Below are positions 11,055-22,025 of a stretch of 64,000 nt of DNA, one piece after another. The stretch spans positions 2,176,001-2,240,000 of the forward strand of contig CAWHDR010000001.1 of assembly GCA_963828165.1 (NCBI GenBank). The letters run 5' to 3'. Within the stretch, counting starts at the first letter, position 1; the number at the start of each line of letters is the position of its first letter. The position numbers were made by a program, and so were the translations under genes. The notes below the pieces were generated by a model. The model ran no database searches. It worked only from the letters and a program-made list of their open reading frames with translations, and was not told where the DNA came from. The DNA comes from an uncultured Chloroflexia bacterium. GTDB lineage: Bacteria > Chloroflexota > Limnocylindria > Limnocylindrales > CSP1-4.

Positions 11055-11957
11055 TCAGCTGATGAAGTCGCCGCCGGTGACCGGAAGCACCGCTCCGGTG
11101 ATGTAGCTCGCTGCGGGGGAGGCAAGGAACACGAATGCTCCTGCCAGCTCAGCTGGCTGCGCGGGTCGTCCGAAGCCGCTTCCGGCGCCGAACTGGGTCA
11201 GCTCCTCCGGATCGGTGGTGGTGGCCACCAGGGGCGTCCAGACGGGGCCGGGCGCCACGACGTTCACCCGGATCCCGCGTGGGGCCAGCATCTTCGAAAG
11301 CCCCTTCGAGAAGGTGATCAGAGCCCCCTTGGTCGTGGCATAGGCAAGGAGCGACGGCGACGGTTGGGCGGCCTGGATGGAACTGACGTTGATGATCGAG
11401 GCGCCCGGTTCCATCACGGTCGCGGCCTCGCGGCACAGCCAGAACGTGGCCGTCAGGTTGGTGCGCAGGATGCCCTCCCACTCCTCGGTCGTGATCTCCT
11501 CGATCTGAAGTCGCTTGCGTTGCGTCGCCGCATTGTTGACCAGGATGTCGATCCCGCCGAAGTCCTCGCGGGCCCGCTCGACGAGCTGCCGGCAGTGGTC
11601 CTCGTCCTGCAGGTCGCCTCCAACCGCGATCGCCCGGCGTCCCGCGGCTTCGACGAGCCGCACCGTGGCGGCTGCATCGTCGTCCTCGCTCCGGTACGAG
11701 ACGAGGACATCCGCGCCCTCGCGGGCAAAGGCGATCGCGACGGCGCGGCCGATGCCACTGTCCGACCCCGTGATCAGGGCACGCAGCCCGGCAAGCCGCC
11801 CCGCCCCGACGTAGGAGTCCTCCCCGTGGTCGGGTCGCGGGTCGATTTCGTCGACATCGCCGGACTGCGGCTCGCGCTGCCGCGGAAACGGGGGACGAGC
11901 GTAGGCGTTGCGAGGGTCGACGAGCTCACGCTTCGTCGTCGCGTCGGGTTTGGGCAT
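11055..11957 (-). CDS. SDR oxidoreductase (YghA/YhdF general-stress type)
   Basis: PRPDHGEDSYVGAGRL, TGSDSGIG, NNA, YATTK, VAPGPVWTPL, GRPAQPAE. Confidence 0.9.
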   Translation of the reverse strand: MPKPDATTKRELVDPRNAYARPPFPRQREPQSGDVDEIDPRPDHGEDSYVGAGRLAGLRALITGSDSGIGRAVAIAFAREGADVLVSYRSEDDDAAATVRLVEAAGRRAIAVGGDLQDEDHCRQLVERAREDFGGIDILVNNAATQRKRLQIEEITTEEWEGILRTNLTATFWLCREAATVMEPGASIINVSSIQAAQPSPSLLAYATTKGALITFSKGLSKMLAPRGIRVNVVAPGPVWTPLVATTTDPEELTQFGAGSGFGRPAQPAELAGAFVFLASPAASYITGAVLPVTGGDFIS

Positions 11958-12219
11958 CACCGCTGGTTTACCAAGACTGGTGTCGCAGGCGTGTGTGCGC
12001 GGACCGCGCGCGGCTTGCGGCGACGCAACGACCGGTTCGCGCATGCACCGGCCGGCGTCTACCGAGCCGCATCAGCGTTAGTGACCGTCCGGCCGATCGC
12101 TCTGCGAGATGGCTGCAATGCGTCGGAGATCGCCTTCCACACGAGCGTGCAGCCGCGTGGCCTACGGTCACGCTGCGACCAGCGATCGGGTCGCTTCTGT
12201 TTAGAGGAGCGCGTGAACT

Positions 12220-12558
12220 GTGGATCAGCCGCTGAACGAAGCCACCTCCCACCCAGCCCTCAGCCGCCTTCAGCCCGGGGAGACCGTGCAGGCCCTCGCC
12301 AAGGCCGCCACCGCCAGCCTGTTGGTCACCGATCGGCGGCTCGCGGTCGCCGATGAGGATCGGCTGGCGCTCGACATCCCGTTCGACGGCCTGCGCCGCA
12401 TCCAGTTCGACATCGAGCGGGAGCGCCCGGCGACCCTCGTGATCGTGCCCGAGCACCCGGCGCACGAACCACAGGTGATCGCCGTCCCGCCAGAACGCTT
12501 CGATGAGGTCACTCGGGCGCTCGCGCTCATCGGCGCGCGGCTCTACCAGCTCGACTGA
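12220..12558 (+). CDS. Hypothetical protein, possibly PH-like fold
   Basis: GAGGAG upstream; LLVTDRRLAV...IPFDGLRRIQFD pattern. Confidence 0.6.
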   Translation: MDQPLNEATSHPALSRLQPGETVQALAKAATASLLVTDRRLAVADEDRLALDIPFDGLRRIQFDIERERPATLVIVPEHPAHEPQVIAVPPERFDEVTRALALIGARLYQLD

Positions 12559-12591
12559 GCGGTTGCGCGAGCCCGCCGTACGATAGGGGCG

Positions 12592-12999
12592 TTGGATGCC
12601 CTTTTCCCGCTCCTGATCACCCTCGGTGCCATTGCCGCCGTCTGGCTGGCACTCGTCGGGCTCATCTGGCTCCACCGACCGTCCAGGGAGCTCGCCCTGC
12701 CCGCGCTGCGGACACTGCCAGACATCCTCCGGCTCGCCCGTCGGCTGCTGGTCGATCCGCGCACGCCGACACGCCATCGCGTCGGCCTTATCGTCCTGAT
12801 CGTCTGGCTCGTCAGTCCCATCGACCTGCTGCCGGAGTTTCTCCCCGGCATCGGCCCGCTCGACGACATCGTGGCTACCGCAGTGATCCTGGGTTGGATC
12901 GGTCGTGGTACCGGCCGCGGCCGATTGCAGGAGCACTGGCCGGGCGACGCCGCGGGCTTCAGGGTCATGACACGGTTGCTGCGACTCCCCGCGGAGTAA
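12592..12999 (+). CDS. DUF1232 (YkvA) family membrane protein
   Basis: WLVSPIDLLPEFLPGIGPLDD signature. Confidence 0.88.
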   Translation: MDALFPLLITLGAIAAVWLALVGLIWLHRPSRELALPALRTLPDILRLARRLLVDPRTPTRHRVGLIVLIVWLVSPIDLLPEFLPGIGPLDDIVATAVILGWIGRGTGRGRLQEHWPGDAAGFRVMTRLLRLPAE

Positions 13000-13024
13000 C
13001 CTCGAGTCCAGGACGCCAGGTGGT

Positions 13025-13101
13025 TGGGGTGGCCTACGGGGCTCGAACCCGTAACCTCTGGAGCCACAATCCAGTGCTCTGCCCATTGAGCTAAGGCCAC
13101 C
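13025..13101 (-). tRNA. tRNA-His (GTG)
   Basis: GGTGGCCTTAGCTCAATGGGCAGAGCACTGGATTGTGGCTCCAGAGGTTACGGGTTCGAGCCCCGTAGGCCACCCCA: GTG anticodon, T-loop TTCGAG, G-1:C73 identity pair, encoded CCA. Confidence 0.97.
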
Positions 13102-13196
13102 GCGGGCGTTCGTCCGTGGCGGTGCGCGCGTGCGCGGGTGGACGAAGCCTGCGGAGTATATCGAAGGCGCTTGGAGCCGACGTCGAAAGGGGTCAG

Positions 13197-14858
13197 ATGG
13201 CCATGAACCCGAAAGCCGGCAAGCCGGTGGATCCCTCGTCGCTGGTCGATGTCGACGCGCTCGTCGGCGCCTACTACGACACGACGCCCGATCCGGGCGA
13301 TCCGGCGCAGCGGGTCGCGTTCGGGACGTCCGGCCACCGCGGCTCGGCGTTCCGTGGCGCATTCAACGAAGCCCACATCCTCGCTATCACCGAGGCGATC
13401 TGCCGGTACCGGGCTACGCGCGGATACACGGGGTCGCTGTTCCTCGGGCGCGACACCCACGCGCTCTCCGAGCCGGCGACGCGGACGGCGCTTCAGGTCC
13501 TCGTCGCAAACGGCGTCGACGTGCGTGTCGATGCCGTCGACGGCTTCACCCCGACCCCGGCGCTGTCCCACGCGATCATCGTCGCGAATCGGCCGGCGGA
13601 CAGCTGGCGGCGACTGGCGGACGGGATCGTGGTCACGCCGTCGCACAACCCACCCGACGACGGCGGCTTCAAGTACAACCCGCCAAACGGCGGCCCGGCG
13701 GACACGGAGGTCACGCGCTGGATCCAGGACGAGGCCAACCGCATCCTCGAGGCGTCCGGGACCGACGGGGTGGCAGGGATCAAGCGGGTCTCGGATGTCG
13801 ATGCACGCGTCCGCGCGACGCCGTACGACTTCATGGGCATCTACGTCGCGGACCTCGACGCCGTGATCGACATGAACGCCATCGCGGCGTCGGGATTGCG
13901 GATCGGGGTGGACCCGATGGGCGGTGCGTCGGTGCGGTACTGGGGCGCCATCGCGGAGCGCTACGACCTGGACCTGACGGTCACCAACGACAGGGTCGAC
14001 CCGCAGTTCGGATTCATGACCGCCGATTGGGACGGCAAGATCCGGATGGACCCGTCGTCACCGCATGCCATGGCCCGCCTCGTCGCCCTGCGCGACGAGT
14101 TCGACATCGCGCTCGGCAACGACGCGGATGCCGACCGACATGGCGTGGTCACGCCAAAGGCCGGACTACTCAACCCGAACCACTTCCTGTCCGCGGCGAT
14201 CGCCTACCTGTTCGGGGGAGCACGCGGCTGGGGCAGCGAGGTGGCGATCGGCAAGACGCTCGTATCGTCGTCGATGATCGATCTCGTGGCAGCCGACGCG
14301 GACCGGCGCCTCATCGAGGTCCCCGTCGGGTTCAAGTGGTTCGTGGACGGGCTCGTCGACGGGTCGCTCGGATTCGGTGGCGAGGAGAGCGCCGGCGCCT
14401 CGTTCCTGCGGCGCGATGGCACGGTCTGGACGACCGACAAGGACGGGATCATCGCCGACCTGCTCGCGTGCGAGCTGACCGCGCAGACCGGGCGCGACCC
14501 CGGCGAGGCGTATCACGAGCTCACCGAGCGGTTCGGCGTCTCGCCGGCGTACCGGCGGATCGACGCGAAGGCGACGCCGGCCGAGAAAGCCGCGCTCGGC
14601 CGGCTGACGCCCGACGCGGTGACTGCGGCGACGCTCGCCGGCGATCCCGTCACGGCGATCCTGACCGAGGCCCCGGGGAATGGCGCGCCCATCGGTGGCT
14701 TGAAGGTCACCACGGGCCACGGGTGGTTCGCCGCCCGCCCGTCCGGCACCGAGGACGTCTACAAGGTGTACGCCGAGAGCTTCCGAGGCGAGGAGCACCT
14801 CGAGAGACTCATCGAGGAGGCCCAGGCCCTCGTCTCGGCGACGGTGGCCGGGGCCTGA
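13197..14858 (+). CDS. pgm: Phosphoglucomutase (alpha-D-glucose phosphate-specific)
   Basis: [44 protein letters not shown]. Confidence 0.96.
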   Translation: MAMNPKAGKPVDPSSLVDVDALVGAYYDTTPDPGDPAQRVAFGTSGHRGSAFRGAFNEAHILAITEAICRYRATRGYTGSLFLGRDTHALSEPATRTALQVLVANGVDVRVDAVDGFTPTPALSHAIIVANRPADSWRRLADGIVVTPSHNPPDDGGFKYNPPNGGPADTEVTRWIQDEANRILEASGTDGVAGIKRVSDVDARVRATPYDFMGIYVADLDAVIDMNAIAASGLRIGVDPMGGASVRYWGAIAERYDLDLTVTNDRVDPQFGFMTADWDGKIRMDPSSPHAMARLVALRDEFDIALGNDADADRHGVVTPKAGLLNPNHFLSAAIAYLFGGARGWGSEVAIGKTLVSSSMIDLVAADADRRLIEVPVGFKWFVDGLVDGSLGFGGEESAGASFLRRDGTVWTTDKDGIIADLLACELTAQTGRDPGEAYHELTERFGVSPAYRRIDAKATPAEKAALGRLTPDAVTAATLAGDPVTAILTEAPGNGAPIGGLKVTTGHGWFAARPSGTEDVYKVYAESFRGEEHLERLIEEAQALVSATVAGA

Positions 14859-14966
14859 GACCGCCGTGTCATACGCCTGTCACGGACGCAGGCCGTCGCG
14901 TAGGCCCGTCTCGCTGCAGCTCGTGGGACGTTATGCCCAGTCAGAATCCGCCGAGGAGTGGTCGAC

Positions 14967-15299
14967 ATGAGCGATGACGTGCGCGAGCGTGACCCCCAGC
15001 GCGACCAGGGTGACGTCCCGCTTGAGGACGGGATCCGCAGCGATCCGGCCGGCGCCGGGGCCGGGGTGGTGGGGCCTGCGCCGGGCGGAGGCGATCCCGA
15101 GAACGTGGCGCAGAGTCCGGCCGGCGATCCCGAGCCGCCATCCGGGGCAGGGAAGACCGCAGGTGGTGGGTACGGATCGGGAAGCGACCGCCAGTCATCC
15201 GGCGGGACGGGCGAGGCACAGGCACCGGCCGGCGACGACGCCCAGACCGACTGGCTGCGGAGCACGGGCGACGCTCCGCCCGGATCGGAAGGACGCTGA
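14967..15299 (+). CDS. Small acidic Gly/Pro-rich, likely disordered protein
   Basis: GAGGAG RBS before ATG; fills the gap between pgm and the convergent SDR. Confidence 0.55.
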   Translation: MSDDVRERDPQRDQGDVPLEDGIRSDPAGAGAGVVGPAPGGGDPENVAQSPAGDPEPPSGAGKTAGGGYGSGSDRQSSGGTGEAQAPAGDDAQTDWLRSTGDAPPGSEGR

Positions 15300-15305
15300 C
15301 GCCGA

Positions 15306-16013
15306 TCAGCTCCGGTTGTAGAGGGGGATCCGCGCCCCGTTGACCGCCGCCGACTCGTCCGAGGCGAGGAACCGGAAGGTGGCCGCGATCTCAGTCGGCG
15401 CCGTCCAGGACGCCTTCTTCGGGTCGGTCGTGCGCACGCCCTTCTCGTCGATCGCCTTGACGATGACCAGGTTCACCGTGACGCCGGTGCCACCGACTTC
15501 CCGCGCCAGCGTCCGGAGCAGCACCTCCTGCGCAGCCTTGCCGATCGCGTACGGCGCCATCTTTGCGGGCGGCTCGGACGCGACCGGCGGCGAGACCGCA
15601 AGCACCCGGCCCCAGCCGCGCTCGACCATCCCGGGGATCACGGCCTGCGCCAGGTGCAGCGTCGTCCACAGGTGCTGGTCCAGCATCCCGGCGATATCGG
15701 CAGGATCCAGCTCCGCGATGGGCGTGCCCGCGGTATAGCCACCGACGAGGTGGATCAGCACGTCGACACGCTCGAAGGCCGCCTTGACCGCGTCGACCGC
15801 GGCCCGGGCGCCGTCGCGCTGACGAACGTCGCCGACGGCCGCCACCCATCGGTCGTTTGACAGGCCGAGGTCGCTCGCCACGCCGACCAGTCGATCGTTG
15901 TCCGTGCCGGCCAGGCCCAGGCGGGCGCCGGTGTCGGCGAAGACCCGCGCCGTTTCCCGGCCCAGGACGCCGGTCGCACCGGTGATGAGGACGACGCGGT
16001 CGGTGTCGGACAT
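15306..16013 (-). CDS. SDR family oxidoreductase
   Basis: TGATGVLG, YAIGK, FLASDESAAVNG. Confidence 0.88.
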   Translation of the reverse strand: MSDTDRVVLITGATGVLGRETARVFADTGARLGLAGTDNDRLVGVASDLGLSNDRWVAAVGDVRQRDGARAAVDAVKAAFERVDVLIHLVGGYTAGTPIAELDPADIAGMLDQHLWTTLHLAQAVIPGMVERGWGRVLAVSPPVASEPPAKMAPYAIGKAAQEVLLRTLAREVGGTGVTVNLVIVKAIDEKGVRTTDPKKASWTAPTEIAATFRFLASDESAAVNGARIPLYNRS

Positions 16014-16057
16014 CTCGCGAGCGAGTGTGCCACGGAGTGGCATCCGGGGTTTTGTGG

Positions 16058-16594
16058 TCAGCCGACCTGCTGGGCCCCCCGGGTCGAGGACGCGTCGATG
16101 GAGACGGTACCGCACGGTTGCAGATCGCCGAGGACGTCATCGATGGTCGCCGCATCGTCGGCGAAGACCACGGCGTTCCAGCGTTGTCCCTGATCGAGGG
16201 CGCCGGCGCTCGGCGCCAGCAGGCCGTCGCATGCACCCGTCCTTCGGACCTGTCCGGCGATCGCCCGCGTCCGATCGCGATCGAGGATCCATTCGTTGTC
16301 GAGCGGCAGGTTCAACGCTTCGCGGACGGCATCGCGGCGCAGGTCCAGCGCTCGCAAGAGCCGGAGTTCCACGCGAAGCAGGTGCGAAGTCTGCTGAAGG
16401 TCGTCCGGGTGGCGGCCTGACTCGATCAACGCGAGGCCGGGGTCGCCGCTCAGGTAGATGGTCGGCTCGCCCTCGCCGTTCCAGCGATTGGGCCGGTCGG
16501 ATCGAAGATCCAAGGCCGACGTGCTGGGCACGTCGTCAGGCCGGCACACCCACGCCATCCGTCGGGCCGGCTCGACGAGTCGCACGAGGTCCAT
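16058..16594 (-). CDS. RES domain protein
   Basis: PNRWNGEGEPTIYLS...LALIES...LDLR...DGLLAPSA...NAVVF (R, E, S residues). Confidence 0.8.
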   Translation of the reverse strand: MDLVRLVEPARRMAWVCRPDDVPSTSALDLRSDRPNRWNGEGEPTIYLSGDPGLALIESGRHPDDLQQTSHLLRVELRLLRALDLRRDAVREALNLPLDNEWILDRDRTRAIAGQVRRTGACDGLLAPSAGALDQGQRWNAVVFADDAATIDDVLGDLQPCGTVSIDASSTRGAQQVG

Positions 16595-16857
16595 GCCGTG
16601 AGACTGCGTCAGCTCCGATATCGCCCGCCCGGTGCGCCCCGAAGGCTTCGGTTGCACGGCTCTTGCAGTCCCTCCAACCCGACCTGACCGCACCGGACGC
16701 ACCCGAACGCCCCACGACCGACCGGTACCGGGGGTGTTGCCCGCTTGGGACCTTCGCGTCGGAGACCCGACCGCACTCCCTGCTTACCGTGAGGACCACA
16801 CCAGAATGCCCGCCGCCGCTCCCGCGGATCGGCCGCATCCGGACTCGAAACGAGCGC

Positions 16858-17842
16858 ATGACCCTTCCTCCGAGCAGTACGACCCCGGCCTCCCGGTCGT
16901 CCGCGCGCGTCTCGCGACGGATCGCGGGACTCGTGGCGGTCGTATTCGCACTGGCCTCCGTCATGAGCCTCGCCCAACCACGATCTGCGCTCGCGTGGGA
17001 CAGCGGCGCCTACAGCGTGGCGTCTGAGAAGGACCTCATCGCGCTGACCAACCGCAGCCGCGCCAATGCCGGGCTGCGGGCGCTCAAGATCGACAGCACC
17101 CTGACCTCGGTCGCGCGCTGGCGCAGCCAAGGACATGATCCAGCGCGACTACTTCAGCCACGACATCCCGGGCTACGGCTCGGTGTTCAAGAAGCTCGAT
17201 TCAAAGGGCTACTGCTACAAGGTCGCCGGCGAGAACATCGGCTGGAACACCTACCCGGACGACACCGCGACCGCGGCGATCCACAAGATGTTCATGGATT
17301 CCTCCGGCCACCGGAAGAACATCCTGGGCCGGGCCTGGGACGTCATCGGCGTCGGGGCGTATCAGGGACCGGGCGGGAAGAAGATGTGGACCGTGCTGTT
17401 CGCGGACAAATGCGGTGGGACGGCCCCGAAGCCGACGGCGAAGCCCACGCCCAAGCCGACTGCCAAGCCCAAGCCGACCGCCAAGCCGAAGCCCGTGGTC
17501 CGGGCGACCCCCAAGCCGACCGCGAAGCCCACGCCCAAGCCGACGTCGAAGCCCACACCCAAGCCCACGCCGTCACCGACACCGTCACCGACCCCGCGGC
17601 CCCAATTCGAGGAGCCGCCCGTCCCCGAGAACAGCGGTGGCGGAAACGGCCTCGGCCCGGGCGGTCAGGGCAACGGCAACGGCCAGGGCGGCGAAAACGG
17701 CAACGGCGGCTCGTCCGGCAACGGCACGCCGCCCGGTCAGGCGGCTGGGGAGACCGGGCTCCGGATCGTCGCCTCGAACCATTCGGCCGGGCTGCTCGAG
17801 ACGATCGTCGGCGGAGTCGCCGGAGTCTTCTTCGGCGGCTGA
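16858..17842 (+). CDS. Secreted CAP/SCP-domain protein with Pro/Thr/Lys-rich linker; apparent frameshift at about 17127
   Basis: Signal peptide; [14 protein letters not shown]...ARWRS then (K)[27 protein letters not shown]; KPT repeats. Confidence 0.82.
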
Positions 17843-17953
17843 CCGGCGCTCGACCAGGCCCGGTACTAGCAGGACCGTGACCATCGGGCTGCCGACCGCT
17901 GCCGACCGCACGGTTATGGTCACCCCACAAGACCGCTCCGCACCGAGGCAGAC

Positions 17954-18778
17954 ATGACCGCGCAGCTCGACACCAGCCGGGCCGACGGCGCCCCCGACCG
18001 CATGCCCGGCCCCGCGACCGTCGCGACCGGCCCGATCCTCGAAGGTCGCGCCCTGACCAAGTCCTATCCGCTTGGCGAGACGACCGTCGACGCGTTGCGC
18101 GGCGTCTCCCTGTCCGTGGCTGCCGGTGAGTTCGTCGCGCTCATGGGCCCGTCGGGCAGCGGCAAGAGCACCCTCCTGCAGCTGCTCGGCGGCCTCGACC
18201 GGCCCACGAGCGGCGAGGTGATCCTGGAGGGCGAGGTCATCAGCCAGCTTTCGGACGACCGAGCCACGCGGTTGCGCCGCGATCGGACCGGGTTCGTGTT
18301 CCAGTCCTTCAACCTGATCCCGCTCCTCGATGTGAGCGAGAACGTCGCGCTGCCGTTCACGATCGCCGGGCAAGACACCTCGCGCGGTGAGATCGCCGAG
18401 CGCATCCGCGACGTGATCGAGCTCGTCGACCTGACCGGCAAGGAGCACCACAAGCCGGACCAGCTGTCCGCGGGCGAACAGCAGCGCGTCGCGGTGGCAC
18501 GCGCGCTCGTGACCCGACCGGCGCTGCTCTTCGCGGACGAGCCGACCGGCAACCTCGACTACACGACCGGCACCGAGATCCTCGATGCGCTGTGGCGCTC
18601 GTGCGAGGAGCGTCACCAGACGATCGTGCTCGTGACCCACGACTCGAAGGCGGCGGCCTACGCGGACCGCGTACTGGTGGTCGGCGACGGGACCATCCTC
18701 GACACGATCGAGCTCGGACGTCGCCGGGACCACGACGCGGCCACCCTGATCGGTCGCCTCGCCCAGCTCGGGCTGTAG
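17954..18778 (+). CDS. ABC ATP-binding protein (LolD/MacB type)
   Basis: [40 protein letters not shown]. Confidence 0.92.
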   Translation: MTAQLDTSRADGAPDRMPGPATVATGPILEGRALTKSYPLGETTVDALRGVSLSVAAGEFVALMGPSGSGKSTLLQLLGGLDRPTSGEVILEGEVISQLSDDRATRLRRDRTGFVFQSFNLIPLLDVSENVALPFTIAGQDTSRGEIAERIRDVIELVDLTGKEHHKPDQLSAGEQQRVAVARALVTRPALLFADEPTGNLDYTTGTEILDALWRSCEERHQTIVLVTHDSKAAAYADRVLVVGDGTILDTIELGRRRDHDAATLIGRLAQLGL

Positions 18779-21283
18779 ATGGCTGGCCTCAACGGCCTCG
18801 CCTGGCGTGGCCTCCGGGCCCGCCCGATGCGGACCGGCCTGACCGCCGCGGGCGTGACCCTTGGCGTCGCCGTCCTCTTCGCGGGCCTCGCCACGAACGC
18901 CGGCATCGAGACCGCCGTGGACCGAGCCGTCTCGACGATGGTCGGTCGGGCAGAACTGCGTGTTGCGGCCTTCGGCGAGATCGGCCTGTCCCAGGACACG
19001 CTGGCCACGATCGCCGGCACCCCCGGCGTGGCCGTGGTCGCGCCCGCCTTCGAGCGCCGGACCTACCTGGGCGCCGAAGCCTTTGGGCCGGGCGATCCGC
19101 TGCCCCCGCCGGTGACGATCGCCGGGATCGACCCCGCAGCCGAAGCAGCGCTGCACGACCTCACGTTGCGCGAGGGATCGGCGATGACCGGGGCCGCCAA
19201 CGACGCGCTCGTGAACGCGACGCTGGCCCGCGAGGACGGACTCGCGGTGGGCGACATCATCGACCTCGAGACCATCGAGTCACCCGTCCACCTCCGGATC
19301 GTCGGGATCCTGGCCGGCGACGGTCCCTGGGCGGGTGGTGGCGGCCGCGCCGTCATCGTGCCGCTCGAGACCGCCCAGGCGGCCTTCGCGGCGGACGGGC
19401 TCACCCGGGTCGACATCGGGACGGCGTCGCCAGCGGCGGTGACGGATGCCCTCGAGAGCACGCTCCTCAACGAACCCTACGTCCTGTCCTCGCCGCAGGA
19501 CATCGGCGCGTCGATGCGGGCGTCGACCGGGGACTTCGCCGCGACCACGGCGCTCATCGGCGCCATCGCCCTGTTCGCGGGCGCCTTCCTGATCTTCAAC
19601 ACCCTGTCGATGACCGTCGTGGAACGAGTCCGCGAGCTTGGCCTGCTCCGAGCCGCCGGCGCCTCGCGCGGACAGCTGACCTCCTACATCCTCGTCCAGG
19701 CCACGGCGATCGGCATCGTCGGATCGCTGCTGGGCGTCGCGCTCGGTGCCTTGCTCGCGGCAGGTATCGCCGCCTGGGTGCGGACGGTGGGATCGGTGGC
19801 CCTCGGCGCTCCGGTCGTGACCGTCAACAACGCCATCGCGGCGCTGGCGATCGGCATCGTCGTGACGCTCGCGGCGGCGATCGAGCCGGCTCGACGAGCC
19901 GGTCGCATCTCACCGGTGGAGGCGCTCAAGGCTCGCCTGGACCTGCCGACGGCGCGTCGGGCGCGGCTGCGCTGGCTGATCGGCGTGTTCGCGCTCGTGG
20001 GGGTCGCGGGCCTGCTCATCCTGCCGCGCGGAGCCGACGAGAGGGCCGTCGTGCGGGCCCTCGTCGTGTACGCCGTCCTGCTGGTCGTGGCGCTCGTCGT
20101 GCCGTTCATCCTGCCCGCGATGGCCCGGATCGCCGGCTGGCCGTTCGCACGCTTGGTCCGGTTCGAGGAGCGGCTGGCTCGGGCATCGCTGTTGCGCGAC
20201 CGCAGCCGCGCGGCGCTGACGGTCGGTGCCCTCACGATCGGCCTTGCGATGATCGTGGCGCTCGGCGGCGTGGGGCAGAACGCCCGGCTCGCGGCGAGTG
20301 CCTGGATCGCGGACGTCGTACCGGGTGAGCTCGTGCTCACCTCGATCTTCCCGCGTGGCCTCGACGAGCTCGAGGACGTGCTGATCACGCCGGGTGTCGC
20401 CTCGGTCAGTCCGATCGGCACGTTCGCGCTCGCCATCGATGGCGTGCGGATCGACGCTGTCGCGATGGTCGGGGCAGACCTCAAGAGCGACGGCCGGCTG
20501 CGGTTCGTCCTCGGCGGCCGCGAGCTGGCCCTCGCGGCGATCGATGTCGGCGGGGCGATGATCGTCCCGGCGGGCGTGGCAGAGCGCGACGGCCTGGGAC
20601 TCGGCCAGACGTTCGACACCACGGCCGCCGACGGTTCGGTCCTGAAGCTGCGGGTCGCCGGCATCACCGAGCGCACGCTGCCCGGCCCTGCCGGCGAAGC
20701 CGTGATCGTGGGCTGGTCCGACGCCGAGAAGCTGGGCGTCGCAGGGGCCGATGCCTTTGCCGTGCGTTTCGCTCCTTCGGCGACCGCGGCCGACCGGGCG
20801 GAGCTCGCGTCCGTGGCTCGCTCGGTCGCCCTGGAGCCGACGGCGCTCGGGCGTATCGAAGGCGCCATCGGCCAGGCGCTCGACCGCGTCTTCGGGCTGT
20901 TCGACGTGCTCGCGCTCGTCGCGGTCGTCGTCGCGGCCCTCGGCATCGTCAACACCCTCACGATGAACGTCTTCGAGCGCGTCCGCGAGATCGGCGTGCT
21001 CAGGGCGGCCGGGATGACCAGGCGCCAGGTCTGGCGGTCGGTGGTCGTCGAGGCCGGGATCACGGGGCTCGTCGGCGCGATCTGCGGCGTCGTCGCCGGT
21101 CTCCTGGTCGGTGCGTTGATGGTCGTCCTCGCCGGGGGTCGCCTGGAGCTCGCGACGGCGGTGCCCTGGCCGGCGGTGGTGGCTGCATCGGTGCTGGGCG
21201 TGGTCCTCGCGATGCTCGCGGCTGCCTATCCGGCACGGCTCGCGAGCGGCGTGTCCATCGTGCGTGCCGTCGGGTACGAATAG
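18779..21283 (+). CDS. FtsX/MacB-like ABC permease (duplicated)
   Basis: Two ERVRE(L/I)G(L/V)LRAAG motifs, multiple TM helices; directly follows the ATPase. Confidence 0.9.
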   Translation: MAGLNGLAWRGLRARPMRTGLTAAGVTLGVAVLFAGLATNAGIETAVDRAVSTMVGRAELRVAAFGEIGLSQDTLATIAGTPGVAVVAPAFERRTYLGAEAFGPGDPLPPPVTIAGIDPAAEAALHDLTLREGSAMTGAANDALVNATLAREDGLAVGDIIDLETIESPVHLRIVGILAGDGPWAGGGGRAVIVPLETAQAAFAADGLTRVDIGTASPAAVTDALESTLLNEPYVLSSPQDIGASMRASTGDFAATTALIGAIALFAGAFLIFNTLSMTVVERVRELGLLRAAGASRGQLTSYILVQATAIGIVGSLLGVALGALLAAGIAAWVRTVGSVALGAPVVTVNNAIAALAIGIVVTLAAAIEPARRAGRISPVEALKARLDLPTARRARLRWLIGVFALVGVAGLLILPRGADERAVVRALVVYAVLLVVALVVPFILPAMARIAGWPFARLVRFEERLARASLLRDRSRAALTVGALTIGLAMIVALGGVGQNARLAASAWIADVVPGELVLTSIFPRGLDELEDVLITPGVASVSPIGTFALAIDGVRIDAVAMVGADLKSDGRLRFVLGGRELALAAIDVGGAMIVPAGVAERDGLGLGQTFDTTAADGSVLKLRVAGITERTLPGPAGEAVIVGWSDAEKLGVAGADAFAVRFAPSATAADRAELASVARSVALEPTALGRIEGAIGQALDRVFGLFDVLALVAVVVAALGIVNTLTMNVFERVREIGVLRAAGMTRRQVWRSVVVEAGITGLVGAICGVVAGLLVGALMVVLAGGRLELATAVPWPAVVAASVLGVVLAMLAAAYPARLASGVSIVRAVGYE

Positions 21284-21386
21284 TCGATCTGTGGCTCGGC
21301 CGGCTGGGGGTTCGCCGGTCGCGGCGCCGGTGCTAGACTCCGGGCGTCCAGCGCGTGCCCCAGCACGACGACCCTACGGAGCCTCG

Positions 21387-22025
21387 ATGACGATCGCCAT
21401 TCCGCGGCTGGACCGCAGTACCGCCGCCGAGCGCGGCATCACCCTCGCCGACTTCCTGGTTCCGATCCGCGTCGGCGAACGCCTGGGAACCCGGATCCGG
21501 CACGTGGCGCTGATCGCCGCCGGGACGTTGTTCGTCATCCTGTGCGCCCGGATCGTCATCCCGACGACGCCCGTGCCGTTCACCGCGCAGACGTTCGGTG
21601 TCCTGGCGGTCGGAGGCGCTCTCGGCTTCCGGCGTGGGGCGGCGGCGCTCCTGCTCTACGTCGCGATCGGGGCGATCGGCATACCGGTGTACGCGCAGGA
21701 CAAGTCTGGGATCGCGATCATCCAGGGTGCCACCGGTGGCTACCTGATCGGCTTCGTCGTTGCCGCTGCGGTCGTCGGCCGCCTTGCGGAGCTTGGCTGG
21801 GACCGGCGCATCGGCGGGGCGCTGGCGGCGATGGCCATCGGCACCGCGATCATCTATGCGATCGGTGTGCCATGGCTCAAGGCGACGACCGGCCTACCGT
21901 GGGAGACCGCGGTCGCCGAAGGCATGACCAAGTTCCTCGTCTGGGACGTGGCCAAGCTGGCCGTGGCGGCCGGCATCTTCCCCGCGGCGTGGTGGCTCAT
22001 CGGCCGCCGGCCGGACGATCGCTGA
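21387..22025 (+). CDS. bioY: Biotin ECF S-component BioY
   Basis: PVPFTAQTFGV, GIPVYA, GATGGYLIGF, FLVWDVAK. Confidence 0.9.
   Translation: MTIAIPRLDRSTAAERGITLADFLVPIRVGERLGTRIRHVALIAAGTLFVILCARIVIPTTPVPFTAQTFGVLAVGGALGFRRGAAALLLYVAIGAIGIPVYAQDKSGIAIIQGATGGYLIGFVVAAAVVGRLAELGWDRRIGGALAAMAIGTAIIYAIGVPWLKATTGLPWETAVAEGMTKFLVWDVAKLAVAAGIFPAAWWLIGRRPDDR

Noticed and set aside
10080-12356. Long alternative-frame and antisense ORFs (for example 10080..12356, 51100..53568, 61776..63695)
   Set aside because: Shadow ORFs typical of high-GC DNA, overlapping well-supported genes and lacking motifs.
13025-13101. Genomic island or prophage integrated at tRNA-His
   Set aside because: No integrase, no duplicated tRNA 3' end seen, and flanking genes are ordinary chromosomal genes.
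16600-16857. Riboswitch or ncRNA in long intergenic regions (also 11960-12220 and 56300-56527)
   Set aside because: No recognisable conserved aptamer core by eye; an Rfam scan would be needed.
17425-17600. AAGCCGAC/AAGCCCAC short repeats
   Set aside because: Coding KPT/PKPT linker of the CAP protein.
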